A stretch of DNA of 63,472 nt, the filler included, from Craspedostauros australis (Eukaryota): assembly GCA_030167865.1 (NCBI GenBank). It is 8 parts of 8 records of this genome, joined end to end, with 100 filler letters (N's around TTAATTAATTAA, not from the genome) between each part and the next. Parts side by side here need not be neighbours in the genome. Positions count along the whole stretch, not along the records: positions 29,449 to 33,926 come from JALAGF010003377.1; positions 34,027 to 50,055 come from JALAGF010003380.1; 6 more parts are not named here. One strand, 5' to 3'. Below, in pieces: positions 33,285 to 45,400 of the stretch. The notes under the pieces are model-generated. The model ran no database searches. It saw only the letters and a list, made by a program, of their open reading frames with translations, and was not told the origin of the DNA. Both the position numbers and the translations under genes were made by a program. Each line of letters starts with the position of its first letter. Within the stretch, counting starts at the first letter, position 1.

Positions 33285-33926
33285 TCATGCTTCCACAACG
33301 GCCAGCTTCATCTTGCTATTGGAATTCAGTTCACCCAGCAGGCCCCGCTTCAGATCGTCCGCCACGGCCTTCTCGCCAAACCACATGCTCAGGAACGCAC
33401 GCTGAAAGTCCCTGCCGGGGATGGACCCCTTCCGCTGGCCTTGGTCGTACACCACCGTCTCGTCGCCGATCAGCTGCATCATCTCCTTGCCGTATGCCTT
33501 GATGGGACCGAACATGCCGATGAACCGATCCCTGTCCTTCTCGTAGTGGTCGTACCGATGCGTCACGCTGTACTCCAGCTGCTGCTCCCACGCTGAGGTC
33601 ACACGACCCTGTCCAACGCTCTTGAGAAATGTGCAATCGAAGATCATGGGACTGCCGGATTCCAGGTACGACAGCACGTCCTCCTCCGAATTCACCGTCA
33701 CCTCTGTGTACAGTCCAGCCACGTAGGCCTTGATCTCAAAGCCGAAGAAGTTGATGGACCGAATGCCATGACCGTTGCGTTGCAGCATGACTCCGTCCAG
33801 GACGTGCGAATCGGGCAGGTGCACGCCCTCTACGGAAAGCGACGAGCTGTGGATGGAGACGGATCCTGGTGCTGTTGGCGATGCCAGCACCGCTGCTGTT
33901 CCGCCGCCTCCGACATTCCCATCATG
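33285..33926 (-). CDS. Chalcone-isomerase-fold (CHI-like, probably lipid-binding) protein, 5' truncated
   Basis: LQRNGHGIRS...IKAYVAGLY and KGSIPGRDFQRAFLSMWFGEKAVADDLKRGLLG. Frame open to the linker. Confidence 0.8.
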   Translation of the reverse strand, partial: HDGNVGGGGTAAVLASPTAPGSVSIHSSSLSVEGVHLPDSHVLDGVMLQRNGHGIRSINFFGFEIKAYVAGLYTEVTVNSEEDVLSYLESGSPMIFDCTFLKSVGQGRVTSAWEQQLEYSVTHRYDHYEKDRDRFIGMFGPIKAYGKEMMQLIGDETVVYDQGQRKGSIPGRDFQRAFLSMWFGEKAVADDLKRGLLGELNSNSKMKLAVVEA

Positions 33927-34026
33927 NNNNNNNNNNNNNNNNNNNNNNNNNNNNNNNNNNNNNNNNNNNNTTAATTAATTAANNNNNNNNNNNNNNNNNN
34001 NNNNNNNNNNNNNNNNNNNNNNNNNN
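33927..34026. other. Artificial contig linker
   Basis: N44-TTAATTAATTAA-N44. Confidence 0.97.
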
Positions 34027-37000
34027 TTTTTTCCTTTGGTCTTGTTCTGTTGAAATATGCCTGCACCCTCTCGTCTGTTGTCTGGAAGCGCAGCAACCAA
34101 TCATGTTCCACCAATTCTTGCACCACTGCTTCCTGCCCCTCAGCCCCTGTTGCCTGCTTTCGAGTGGATGGGTCATTCAGGTTGTATCTGTCATCAAGAA
34201 ATGTTTTCACGCTCGACGCCAAACCCACTTTCTTTCTAGATTTCGTGACTGCCCATCCAGCGTGCATCTTTGGTGGCATCGAGGCTGTTCTGGTAGCATT
34301 TTCTGGGCGCTTCCTCGAAACATGACTCTCCACACCGCTCATGTTGACAGCTGCCCGGTACACATTAGGCTTGTTGTGTATCTCTCCATCTGATTGTTCC
34401 TTGGCAACAATGGCCAAGTTCTTTGCCTTGCGCCGCTTTGTTGGTGACTTGGTTGTGAGAGCAGGCTTATCTGACTTCTCACCAACCTTGCAATAGACCA
34501 TCAGTTCTTGTGCAACGAATTGAGCCAAATAGTCCAGGCCGATGATCTCAGGGTCAGAAAGATTTGAAGATGCATACACCTCCACACAATCATCAAACCA
34601 TTTGATGTGATGGGTGGCTCTGACTCCAACCTTCTTGGTGCTGAACTTGGCATCATTGATGCGGTTGATTATGATCAACCCTTTCAATTCTGATGCATCC
34701 ACAAACACAGCTGTGGTTCCTGCAATCTTTGCAAGGTTCATCGCCTCGAAGATTCCTGATTCTGTGGTGATTTTATTCCCTTCCTTGATGTAAGAATTCA
34801 GCACACGGGTGATGAAGCTAAAGTGAGTGTCCAGCTGGCTCTTCCCAGTCTGTGCTTCGGTGTACACCCATTCCCTGATCTTGGGAAGATTCTTGTTGTC
34901 TGCATGGCCGTTCCAGCCAAAGATGAATGGGATCAATTGCTGGCTTGCAAAACAACTAGCATTGTCGCTTTGCAAGATGATTTCCTTGACCTTCGGGTAG
35001 TCAGCATGAATCCTCTCCAGCAGCAGTGTCAACAAAGCCGCCACCTGGACGTTGTCTTGAGCAGGGTGTCCGCTGATGATGAAATCCATGAACTCGAACT
35101 GAAAGATTCCATTCTTGCAGGTCACAATCATGGCACCGAGCATGGACATGCCTGTCTTGGCGTAGTAGTGCTTCTGCGCTTCTTCCGACCACATTGGCAG
35201 CTGCTTTTGCTTGTGGTCAATCAAAACTAAGACAATGTCGTCCCTGTTGTTGATCCTCTTGCGGATCCTTTCGACTTCTGTATCCTGTACCCTCGCTCGG
35301 ACCTTGTGTGCCATGAATGTCAGAACCTCTTCCTCTAGTTCGTTAACCACTGCTGCCATGCTTTCTATTTCCTTCTTCTCTGCAGCACTCAAGTCCGTGG
35401 CCCCATTTGCAACAGAGCTGACAAATGCATTCAACTTGTCAGGAAAGAACGAGATGGCACTGGCACACATGCTGCACACCTTGCCCTCTGGATCGTGTTC
35501 TTCATCTTTCCGAAGTGCAAACTTGGCAGAGTGCAGCGGATCATTACTGTCGAGCTCCACATGTGACTTGCTGTACTCGCCCTCCAGGAACTTCGCAAGC
35601 CAATCCCATTCCAACATGAGATTTTCTGCCTCGTCCTTGCACTCTTCCATGGCCTTGTCGCCCTTCTGCATTGCCACGATTCTTTCCATCATCGATTTGA
35701 AGAACTTCGTGCCTTCTCTGAAGTTGTGCAAATACGATGACTGGCCTGTGATGCATTCTCCTGGCCTGGTCAACAGCTCTGCCATCCTCTTGAAGGCTGG
35801 CTCCCCAACTGGATTCGGGCACGAAGCCTTGTAGGTCTTGAATAAGTCCATGACTGTCTTGCCGCCTCGTACGAAGATTGGGAGGTTGGACAGGGTAACA
35901 CCTTCCACAGTAGCAGACCTTATCTGGCCAGGTCGATAGGTGAGAGTCTGCGCAAAGAAGGATGCGACACCAGCGAGTGCTGTCACCTTGACGCGATATG
36001 GATAGGGGTCCTTCGTGACCAAACCACCAGTCGCCATCACTTCGTACTCATGCCGAGCTCTCGTTCCCTCTCGCTTGCTCATGGTCTTGGACGGTTCTTC
36101 CACCGCCTTCTTCTCCTCCTCGGACATGTCATTTTCAAAGTGCTTTTCCAGTATAGCAGTTGCCTTCTCGTAGGTATAGGTCTTCGCAAGTACCGCTCGC
36201 GCCATCTTGCGCACCTCCTTTGCACCAGACAGGCACAACGTGTACAGGTACTTGGGCATTTCGAAACTTGGGCAGTCTTCGCCTTCGACAACATGGTCAA
36301 GACTGCCATCGAATGGTGACGGATCCGTTGCCTTCATCTTCGTAAACGCCAACGACGAGACGGATGTCAATATGCTGATGCACATCGTCTTGAAGTCGCC
36401 AATTCTTCGAGCAGGGCTGCTCCCATTCTCTTTGAACGACTCAAAGGTGTGGGGATGACCATCATCAGGCATGCCATAGAGGCCATCGCGTTTGATGCCA
36501 AGCATGTTCAGTACTGCAGTCAGAGTGCTCCTGTTGGAGAGACTCGACCCAGCCTTGTAGTCGCAGCGTGGGCACTTGTTGAAAGACTTGCACTCCTCGA
36601 CATAGAGATGGTTGTCATCGCATGCATGGATGTCAGTTGCAGCATTGGCCCCCTCACCATCGCTGTCACTATCCCCGCAGTTGTATGTGATGGGGGCGCG
36701 AACCCGACAGCTGCGCGGAGAGCGCTTGGAGGGCAATGCACCTGCTCCTGTTCCTGGTCTGGGAGAACGAGATGCAGGAGAGGTGGACGATGCAGGTGGA
36801 GAATGGGAAGGCTTCCCCTTGGAGCGAGTAGGGCTGGTGGCGACAGAGGAGCTCATGATGATGAGTTGGAGGTTGGTAAGATGATTGATCGGTTGGTCAG
36901 TCGGTGGGTAGGTACATGTACGAATGCAACTACTGGAGATGTTGTGTGGAGGCAATCCGACCAGAACAGCAACGGCACCAGAAAGCAACAAGGGAAAGCA

Positions 37001-37610
37001 ACAGCACGAGGGATGAACGAGCATGCCTCTTTGCAGCGCAGCGGCGAATCACGTGATACGTTGTTGAGGGCAACATGTGCACAAAAAGGTCATTCACAAT
37101 GCCGGCTGTGGCCTCTGTTTGGGCGAAGGTCGCGCTCTTGTTCCATCTTCTTCGCGAGAAGTGGACGCGACAGGCGCATCTTCAATATTCGCTGGTGCAC
37201 GATACACACGTCATGCGTGAATTTTGCGGAAGGTGCGGCAACGACGAATGTCGTTCCGTTGTCGTGGAGGATTCTGATTGGCCGATTCGATTCGGTTCCA
37301 TCTGTGCTCGAAATGCGGGACTGGCACCAACGGATGGTGACAAGTTACAATGGTGCTGTTGTGGATGTTGTTGGTACCTTGGCACCAAGCAAATTGTGGT
37401 GTTCGTGCGTTTCGACGGCGGTTCAGGAGGCGATCGGCCATTGTCAGACTCACAAGGAAGCGTCAGTTGGTTCGACGCAGAAACGGAGCTGTGAAAAACA
37501 AAAAAGAACAACAAGTGGCACAAACAGTCACCGCACACAGCATGATCAAGAGCAACTCGCACAGTCCACATCCAAGTACCGACACCAGTGAAGTATAACA
37601 GTCCATAGTA
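34027..37610 (-). mobile_element. Sola3-like DNA transposon, copy 1 (transposase ORF from 37024 or 36856, 3' truncated at contig end)
   Basis: Reverse complement of 50156-53739 (coordinates sum to 87766); same DDD transposase. Confidence 0.75.
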
Positions 37611-37730
37611 TAATATAATAAGCTGTTGCAATTGAAAGCAATGTGTCACAATACCAAGTATTCTAGTAGATAATGGAATATGATACAATGGAGTACTCGC
37701 ACCAGTGGAATCACAGGCTCCCCCACCCTT
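37611..37730 (-). mobile_element. Possible polypurine tract plus start of a 3' LTR
   Basis: Minus strand reads AAGGGTGGGGGAGCC|TGTGATTCC (PPT 37730-37716, TG at 37715). No partner LTR is seen. Confidence 0.3.
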
Positions 37731-39809
37731 GGACAGAAGAATGTTGCCATGTTGTGTCGTTACCTTGCTGTCACATTGCCTCGTTGCTTCCACATCGTGC
37801 CCTATCGTCCCCTCTGATTCCGTGGATGCACAAAGTGTTCATTTTACAGTCGTGCTTGCCGGTACACGAGCTGTGATTGAGCCGGCGCCAACATCGATCC
37901 ATAACGTCAATGGAATGGGTATTGTTGGCAAGTTCCGCTCACGGAAACCTACGATCGTGGAAGATGGTATTGGTTGATAGTCGTTCGTTTGCTATTTCAT
38001 TACTTGGCTACTCCGATCCTCTTGGTGTCCGTTTGTTCTCTTGCCCAATGCTCTTGGCGCTTCAATCTGTTTTGTAGATTCGGTCTCCAACTATGAGTCG
38101 GTGTGCGAGATGCTCTCTCGCTCCTCTCTGTATTCTCTCTCTCTCAATATTGTGTGTTTCGTGCCATACAATACTCCGTGTTCGATGCGTACTCAGCATT
38201 CGATACTCCGTTCATTCAATACTGGCTCCTACTCCATGAGTACTTACCATTTGAAGTTCATCTCCCGTATCCATGGTCTCGATGTCCTTTGGTCATCGGA
38301 TCTTCGCCTCCTGCTTTGACATGGAGACAGATGTCGACGTGGTGACATGATGACATCCTGTCGACGTCAGTAAGCGTCCTTCTGCTCTCCAGATGTCATG
38401 TTCCATTGGTGATGCAGTGGTCTGTCAGATGATATCGTCATCTGGGGTTTAGTTGGAAAGTACCTCGAGATTCGCTTGGTACCATACGTTTCCATTGATG
38501 GATGGACGGACGATATTTCCAATTCTCTCAGAAATCGTCGATCGCAAATTTCCTCCAGAAATTCTGCTCATTTTCGTGTGTTGGGTTTGAGATGTGATTT
38601 TGGCAATTCATAGTTCACTATTGACACGAATGTAGTTGTACCATCCATACATGAGTATAAGAGAATGACGGGTGAACGATGCACATATACGCGTACATCT
38701 TATCAACACCTAGATCGAAATTAGGTAACATCTCCCATGACTGAAACGTGATTCGACTTGATTTGAGAAGTATAGTCGGACGAGTCTTGATGATGCGAAT
38801 GGCGTTCGGGTTCTACGGTCATCCGAACTGACGTAGGCACTGACATCATCGATGACATCAGAGGGTCAGTCATTGCGATCCGAGGAATCGAGATTATATT
38901 TTAGTCATGGTATGCTGGCTTGTCTAGCAAAAGCCAAGTGCGTCATCGAGCACGTGGCAACAACATTTAGAATACAGATCGACGTCATCAGATATGATGC
39001 ATGCATCTTGTCAACATCAATGGATCAAGATATATGTAGATCAGACGGAGATCAAGATTAGGCAAGACCAGAAGAGATGAAGAAAGACCCCAAGAGCAGG
39101 AATAACAAGAGATGTCGTGTAGATCAACATGCCATCTTGGGCAATGTTGTAGGAAAGACTGCAAGATGAACCACGGTGTAATCATGCAGCACATTAGAAA
39201 CCCGTGCAATAGGCACCATCTTTAGAATGATGAGATCTTGTTCTCATAGTCCAAACCAATCATCAATTGAAGACACCAACTAACTTAGCAACAATTACCA
39301 CCAAACATACCAGCTTCACCTGACGGATTGATCACCCAGGCAGAGAAGTAAGTGCAGTGTTTGGTGCCCTGTCCTGTATTGAATTGCTGATTATCACATC
39401 TTGACAAATACACGCATGTACATCTTGACAAATACAGTCTGTATGATACTCAATGCCATTTTTGACCCCATGTTGGCATTGGATGGATGGTTCACTGGAT
39501 ACCCTCAGCTGCATGTGATGCTCTCTGCTGTTTGCATCATGTGCTGCTGAACTCTGTGCTGCATGCTGTGCTCCCCATTGATCAGGTGGCTCCTGCCAGA
39601 TGCTATTGGCCATCAGCCAAACTTGCATCTCCAGGCGAGTACTGGGATGTTCATTCCACAGTCTCAATGTCTGGCCATCCGCAAGGTTCCGAATGCACCA
39701 ACTTGCTGATCCTTGTCGTTGTGATAGATTCGGAACTCCGACAAACCAAACCAAAAGAAAATAAAAACTAATTAATCCCCTAACACAACACAAACAACAG
39801 CACAGCAAA

Positions 39810-42422
39810 ATGACTTCGAACAAGCAAGCCAAAACGAGCCACCGCGATGAGCGAAACCATGAAGATGGTCCAACTTTGACGCTTCCCACCAAGGAACCAG
39901 ACAAACTGGAGGCGACCATGGCCACGGACACAAGCAACCAACACCGCGCACGACGTCAAGCAAAAAGAGCTATCCCATACGACGGAGGAATGGAGGAGAA
40001 TGACCCAGATGATGTCTCGATCACCTTCAAACCAAGATCGAGCACCTTCAAGACAGCAGCGAACAAGACGGGCATCAACATCACGCCATTCGCAAAAGCA
40101 ACAGGAGACAGCTCTATTGACAGAGCAGCAAAGATGGCATGGAGGGCCCGAGCGGTGTGGTACAACAGAGATGAGGCCACGGCAGATAGAGAAAACCCAA
40201 CCATCAAGCAGTGGGAACACTTCTTCCGCGACCTAGCAGACAGCAGGGTGACATCATTTGGCCCAATCACACTCCCAAACAAAGACCCCACCAGACTCTG
40301 GCTCCTACAGTTCGTCATCAACATAGCATCTACCAACCCACTGGAAGTATTCAAAGCACACCTCAACAACAACGGGACGGTAAAGAGCACAAGAGCAGTC
40401 AAAGTGTGAAAAGCCGCCAACAGAGTACTGGGGTCCAACTACGATCTCGGCGCAGCACCCAGCAGCGTATCTGAAGCCAACGAAGACGCCATGGATGGAC
40501 TCACTCTGCTGTCAAGACAGATCAATCCGACAATCGCAGCCCACCGCCCCAATGCGAGCAAGGTAGCAGCCATGCCCACCAACACAGGAACAGAATCACT
40601 CAGCACCGACAGCGATTCGTACACCAGCAGGCAACCCTCCAAACGCACCAGGTTCAAGTCGCCATGACACACCACGGATATGGCACAAATCAGCCAGAAC
40701 AGCTACAACAGCATGCACTCAACCAGATCAGGAAACAGCAGCGACACATCGACTGACTCAGGCATCACCAAACAACGCCACGGCCCACAACGCTCACCAC
40801 GCAACAAAACCAACGCAGACGACAACTCAGTGAGTTCGGACAACAAGTCCAACACCTCGCAGGCAAAGATTGCCCCTCCCAGGCACGAATACAGCACCAG
40901 GTTCACAATCAAGCTTAACATGGACAGAACGGAGGAGGATACCACTGACGCGGTGAGAAATAGAATCAAATGATGACTCCGACAAATCCGGTGCATCGAC
41001 TCATCGGCCACGATTCTACCATGGAGAGAAAGCAGCAACACCAGCCCACACATTGCCCACTCAGGTCAAATACCAGAGCGAATGGAAGATCTCTGGACGT
41101 TCTTCCCCGGACTCAGAGCACCATCAGGCGCCACCGGCATCACTTTCGCGAAGGTACGAATCACGACACGCGAGGATCCTTTCGACATCACCGCCGACCG
41201 GAACTCTGAACTCAATGCCTACAAATACAACGAACATGAAGGTCTATACCTGGCACAATTGCAAGAGGCAGAAGAAGTGAAAGAGATTGGGTTCTTACTC
41301 TACACTGGAGGCTTCACGGACGTCAACGGGACTGTTGAAGTCATCAACAGGAGCCTCAGGCGAATCCACAGCGAAATCAGGGTGGGCAGGAAGATCAAAA
41401 TCATCATTCAGGTCAGCGAGGCAACCAAAGAAAAAGACAAAAACGGGAAACGCCATTGGACGGTCCAACCATGGAGAGCTGTCAAGCTGGAAGTGGAAAG
41501 GTCACAAGCATACGCAGCCGTCGCAGCGGTAACTACTCTCTTCAACACAGTGTCAGAACGGCCTGGCGAAATAAAATTCAGATTCCTGCCCGACAAGAAA
41601 TACGAGCAGATGTCGCGCAAAAAGACAGCATTCCAAGAAGACCTGCTTGCAAAACACCAAGCCATCCTCTCCGTGATCGAGTACTCCGATTCAGACGGAG
41701 TCATGCACCTGGACAAAAAGGTTAAAGGCAAGGACAGGCATTCCATCACACTACGGAAGCTTATCCTCCGCAAAACCAACCCAGAAGGAAAGAGCATCTT
41801 CCACAGCGTGGACAGAGCCCAGGGCACAGACGACCAGATCGTGGCACATTCCTTCCCAGAGTATCTGGCAGATGCAAAACACTTCATGAGCTTACTACCA
41901 GCAGTGGCAAGACACAAAGTGGGAGACAAAGCGGAGAAGTGGTTCAGCCCAGAGGTCTGGTTGGCAAGCCTGAGCATCGTGTATGACCCAGAAACCAATG
42001 ACTACACCTCCCCAGATGTTCACTGTCTCGGCGCGATTGCCGACGAATCCTTTCCGGCCAGCATAGTCATCACCAACATACCCGACATGATGCCAGTCAA
42101 CCACTGGCCGGCTGCACTCGACAACTGCAGCTTGGTCAACCCGAACTCAACAATTGGGACAGCCAACAGGTCGATGGACTCAGCATACATGGCGGCCCCC
42201 AGACCAACCACCGACAACTCTGCCGAAACCAATTCACAACAAGGACAACAAGACCAAGCAACCACCAACCCAAGCAGCATCCTCCGCACAGGAACTGCTA
42301 CCAGGTACAACCAACCCCAATCTAAGGAAGAACAATTGCTTGCACAAGTACAAGCTCTCTGACAGCAACTTGGCAAACCTGACAGCGAACCTCCGCAGTC
42401 CAATGGAGACCCGCGACCATGA
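39810..42422 (+). pseudogene. Retrotransposon ORF1 (870 codons reconstructed) with five in-frame TGA stops
   Basis: ORFs 39810, 40680 and 41082 share one frame. TGA at 40407, 40665, 40971, 40974 and 42360; final TGA at 42420-42422. Confidence 0.75.
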
Positions 42423-45400
42423 TAGTCAGTCACAACCGGGCACAGTCCAGCTCGAACAACAACGGACCCGACAACCAAGAGGAATTGAGACCGGACAGAT
42501 CAACTACTCAACAACAACACATAGGACAAACCACCCAGCCCAAACCAAAAGGCCACATCAGGATAGCGACCCTCAACATCGGAAGCTTACCACCAGACCC
42601 AACGGAACCCAAGAACGACGACCTATGGCAGTTCACACGCCAACACCACATCGACATACTCCTTATCACGGAGGTTGGACTCAACTGGAACCAAGTTCCC
42701 ACGGATTCCACACTTACACACCAAGCAGAGCGACACCTACGCATGGTAAAAGCCAGCACATCGCACTATCAGACCACCACCCGCAACCCGCGCCAGTGGG
42801 GCGGCACGGCAGTACTCATCCACGGCAACGCCGCTGGCAGAGTGCTGTCACGCAGCAACGACCCCAACCAAAGCGGGCGATGGGCAAGCATGCTGCTGCA
42901 AGGCAAGCAGGGCATCAAAGTCCGAGTGGTGTCAATCTACGTTCCCACGAAGTCAACCCAAACCACTGGGACAGTCTACAATCAACAAGCAATCAAGGCA
43001 GCCCAACGAGGATCCAACCTGGAGCCGATAGACCTGCTCATCCACGACCTGAAAACCCAGATATCGCTCTGGAAGCAAGCAGGAGAAATGATCATCATAG
43101 GGGGTGATGTAAACATGGACATCAGAAGATCCAAAATATCAACCATGCTCCAGTCCGAAGGCATGCAAGAACATCACTCAAAACAGATCAACCACCCATA
43201 CGCCACAATGATCAGGAACACCAGAGGAATCCCAATCGACGGCATATGGACCACAAGCGATGTGCGCCCATCTCAGCTGGGCCTCACGGCCTACAGCAGC
43301 TGGGACCACAGAGCAGTGTGGATGGACATTGTCGTGGCCAGCCTACTCGGACCCTCCAAACAACCCACCACGCCATTCAGAGGACGGAGGCTGCAGCTCA
43401 ACCAACCAGCGACCGTGCGCAGGTACACAGAAGCATATACCGAACAGGCCAACAACAAACAGCTACGAGCACGCACAGAAGCACTCAACTCGGAAATCGG
43501 AGAAGGCCCCATCACAACAACACAAATCCGCGAACTCGAAGCAATCGACAAAGACCGAACCCAGGCCATCCTACACGCAGAACGCCACTGTCGCCGCGTA
43601 CGTGCAGGTGCAGTCCCATTCTCGCCAGCACTGTGGAAGATACACTGGGAGCACAGGTTCTGGACCCTCAGCATCAAGCGCAGAAAAGGACATAACATCA
43701 AAGGGCGCACAGTCGACAAAGCCAGGAAAAAGGAAAAGCTATCAGCACTCACCCGGCAAATGACCCTGACAGAGATGAGCAGATGCAGAAACGATGCATG
43801 GCACCGATACCGACAAGAGAAACAAGACGCAGCTAACCACCGGAGGACGTTCCTTGCAGATGACAAAGCGGAAGTCTCCCGGACAGGCCAGGATACTGCA
43901 AAATACAGAGCCCAAATCCAACAAAGAGAAGACACGCGCGCGACTTACCGGCACATCAGCTGGGCGCTGAAAGCGAACGGAGAGGACTCCGAAGTGTCCG
44001 TCATTGTCGACGACGGGCCAGGAGGCCAAGGGAACCTCCTCACATCTGGGGAAGATGTGGCCAGAGCATGCTGTAACAACAACATTGACAAGTACAGCCA
44101 GGCCTGGCGCGCTGAAGTCTGCCAACGACCACTGAAGCGCAGCCTTGGCCGGTTTGGCACCAGCACGGCGGCCACAGCAGTTCTACGCGGCATTGTTCCG
44201 TCCCAGATCAGTGCCAGTACCAACGAAGTGCTCCAAGCTCTGCACCAACCTCCACAAGCAAGCCCATGGCCCCGGCAGCACACGACCATCACCCAAGAAA
44301 GTCACTCCGAAGGGTGGTCACGCATCAAAGAGAGCACGTCTTCCGGGCCGTCTGGAATTCACTTCGGGTGCTGGAAAGCCAATGTGAAGGTGCCAGAGCT
44401 CGCTCTTATCGATGCCATACTGCGTGAGATCCCTTATCGCACTGGCTACAGCCTCCAGAGATGGCAGCAATGCACCAACATACAGCTGAGGAAGAAGCTG
44501 GGCAACCTTGCAGTCACCAAAACAAGGACGATCGGCCTCATGGAAGGCGACTTCAATATGAACAATCGCCTCCTCGGCAAGCAGGCCAGATCGCACGCGG
44601 AGAGCAATGGGACCATTGCGACAGAACAATACGGAAGCCGGAAAGCCCACACGGCCCAAGAAGTCCTGCTCAACACCACCCTCATCGATGACATAGGCCG
44701 AGTCACAGGTCTCCACTACGCGGTCTGCTCAAACGACACGAAGGGATGCTACAATCGGATTGCCCACCCTGTGTTCGGCTTGGCCCTACGACGACAGGGA
44801 GTGCCAGCAGCGCCCATCGAGAGCACCCTGCGTACTCTGCAGGCGATGACCCACCGCATCCGCACCGCCGCAGACACGTCAACCGCTTCGTACTCAGGCA
44901 AACAACAAGGCCAATTCCTCCAAGGCCTAGTCCAGGGATTGAGGTCCGCGCCTACAGGCTGGTTGCTCATCAGTTCGGCCATCATCGACAGCATGCGCCG
45001 CCGCGGGCACGGACTCAGCCTCCCGGATCCTACCACCAATGCTGGCCACGTCATCACGGGGACAGCCTATGTCAACGATACCAACGTGATGCAGAGCCTG
45101 CAAGCACACACCCCAAATGCGCAGGCCACAGCCTTCCAAGCAGCAGTCGACCATTGGGACAGTCTACTCACTGCCACAGGCGGAGCTCTAGAACCGACAA
45201 AGAGCTTCTGGCAACTGATCCAGTTTAAGTGGCACATAACGCAATGGACCTACGACCTGTCCACTCCCGCCACCGGAGTCCACATGAACTCCCCAGACGG
45301 CCAGCGCATCAGGTTGGCACTGACCGGTCCTCGAACAGCGGTCAAATACCTGGGGATGATATCTCGGAGAGATGGCAAGCAAACAGAGCACGTCAGCTAC

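Noticed and set aside
36449..37591. 380-aa antisense ORF seen three times (also 50175-51317 and 54268-55410)
   Set aside because: It recurs only because the DNA is the same repeat; non-ATG start, no motifs, and it overlaps the transposase antisense.
38330..39000. Cluster of TGACGT/TGACAT-like motifs as bZIP/aureochrome sites
   Set aside because: Short degenerate motifs in TE-like DNA with no adjacent host gene; enrichment cannot be shown by eye.
42154..43107. 317-aa ORF bridging ORF1 and ORF2 as a third retroelement gene
   Set aside because: Stop-poor shadow frame of A/C-rich sequence with a TTG start and no motifs. It cannot be fully excluded as a frameshift route.
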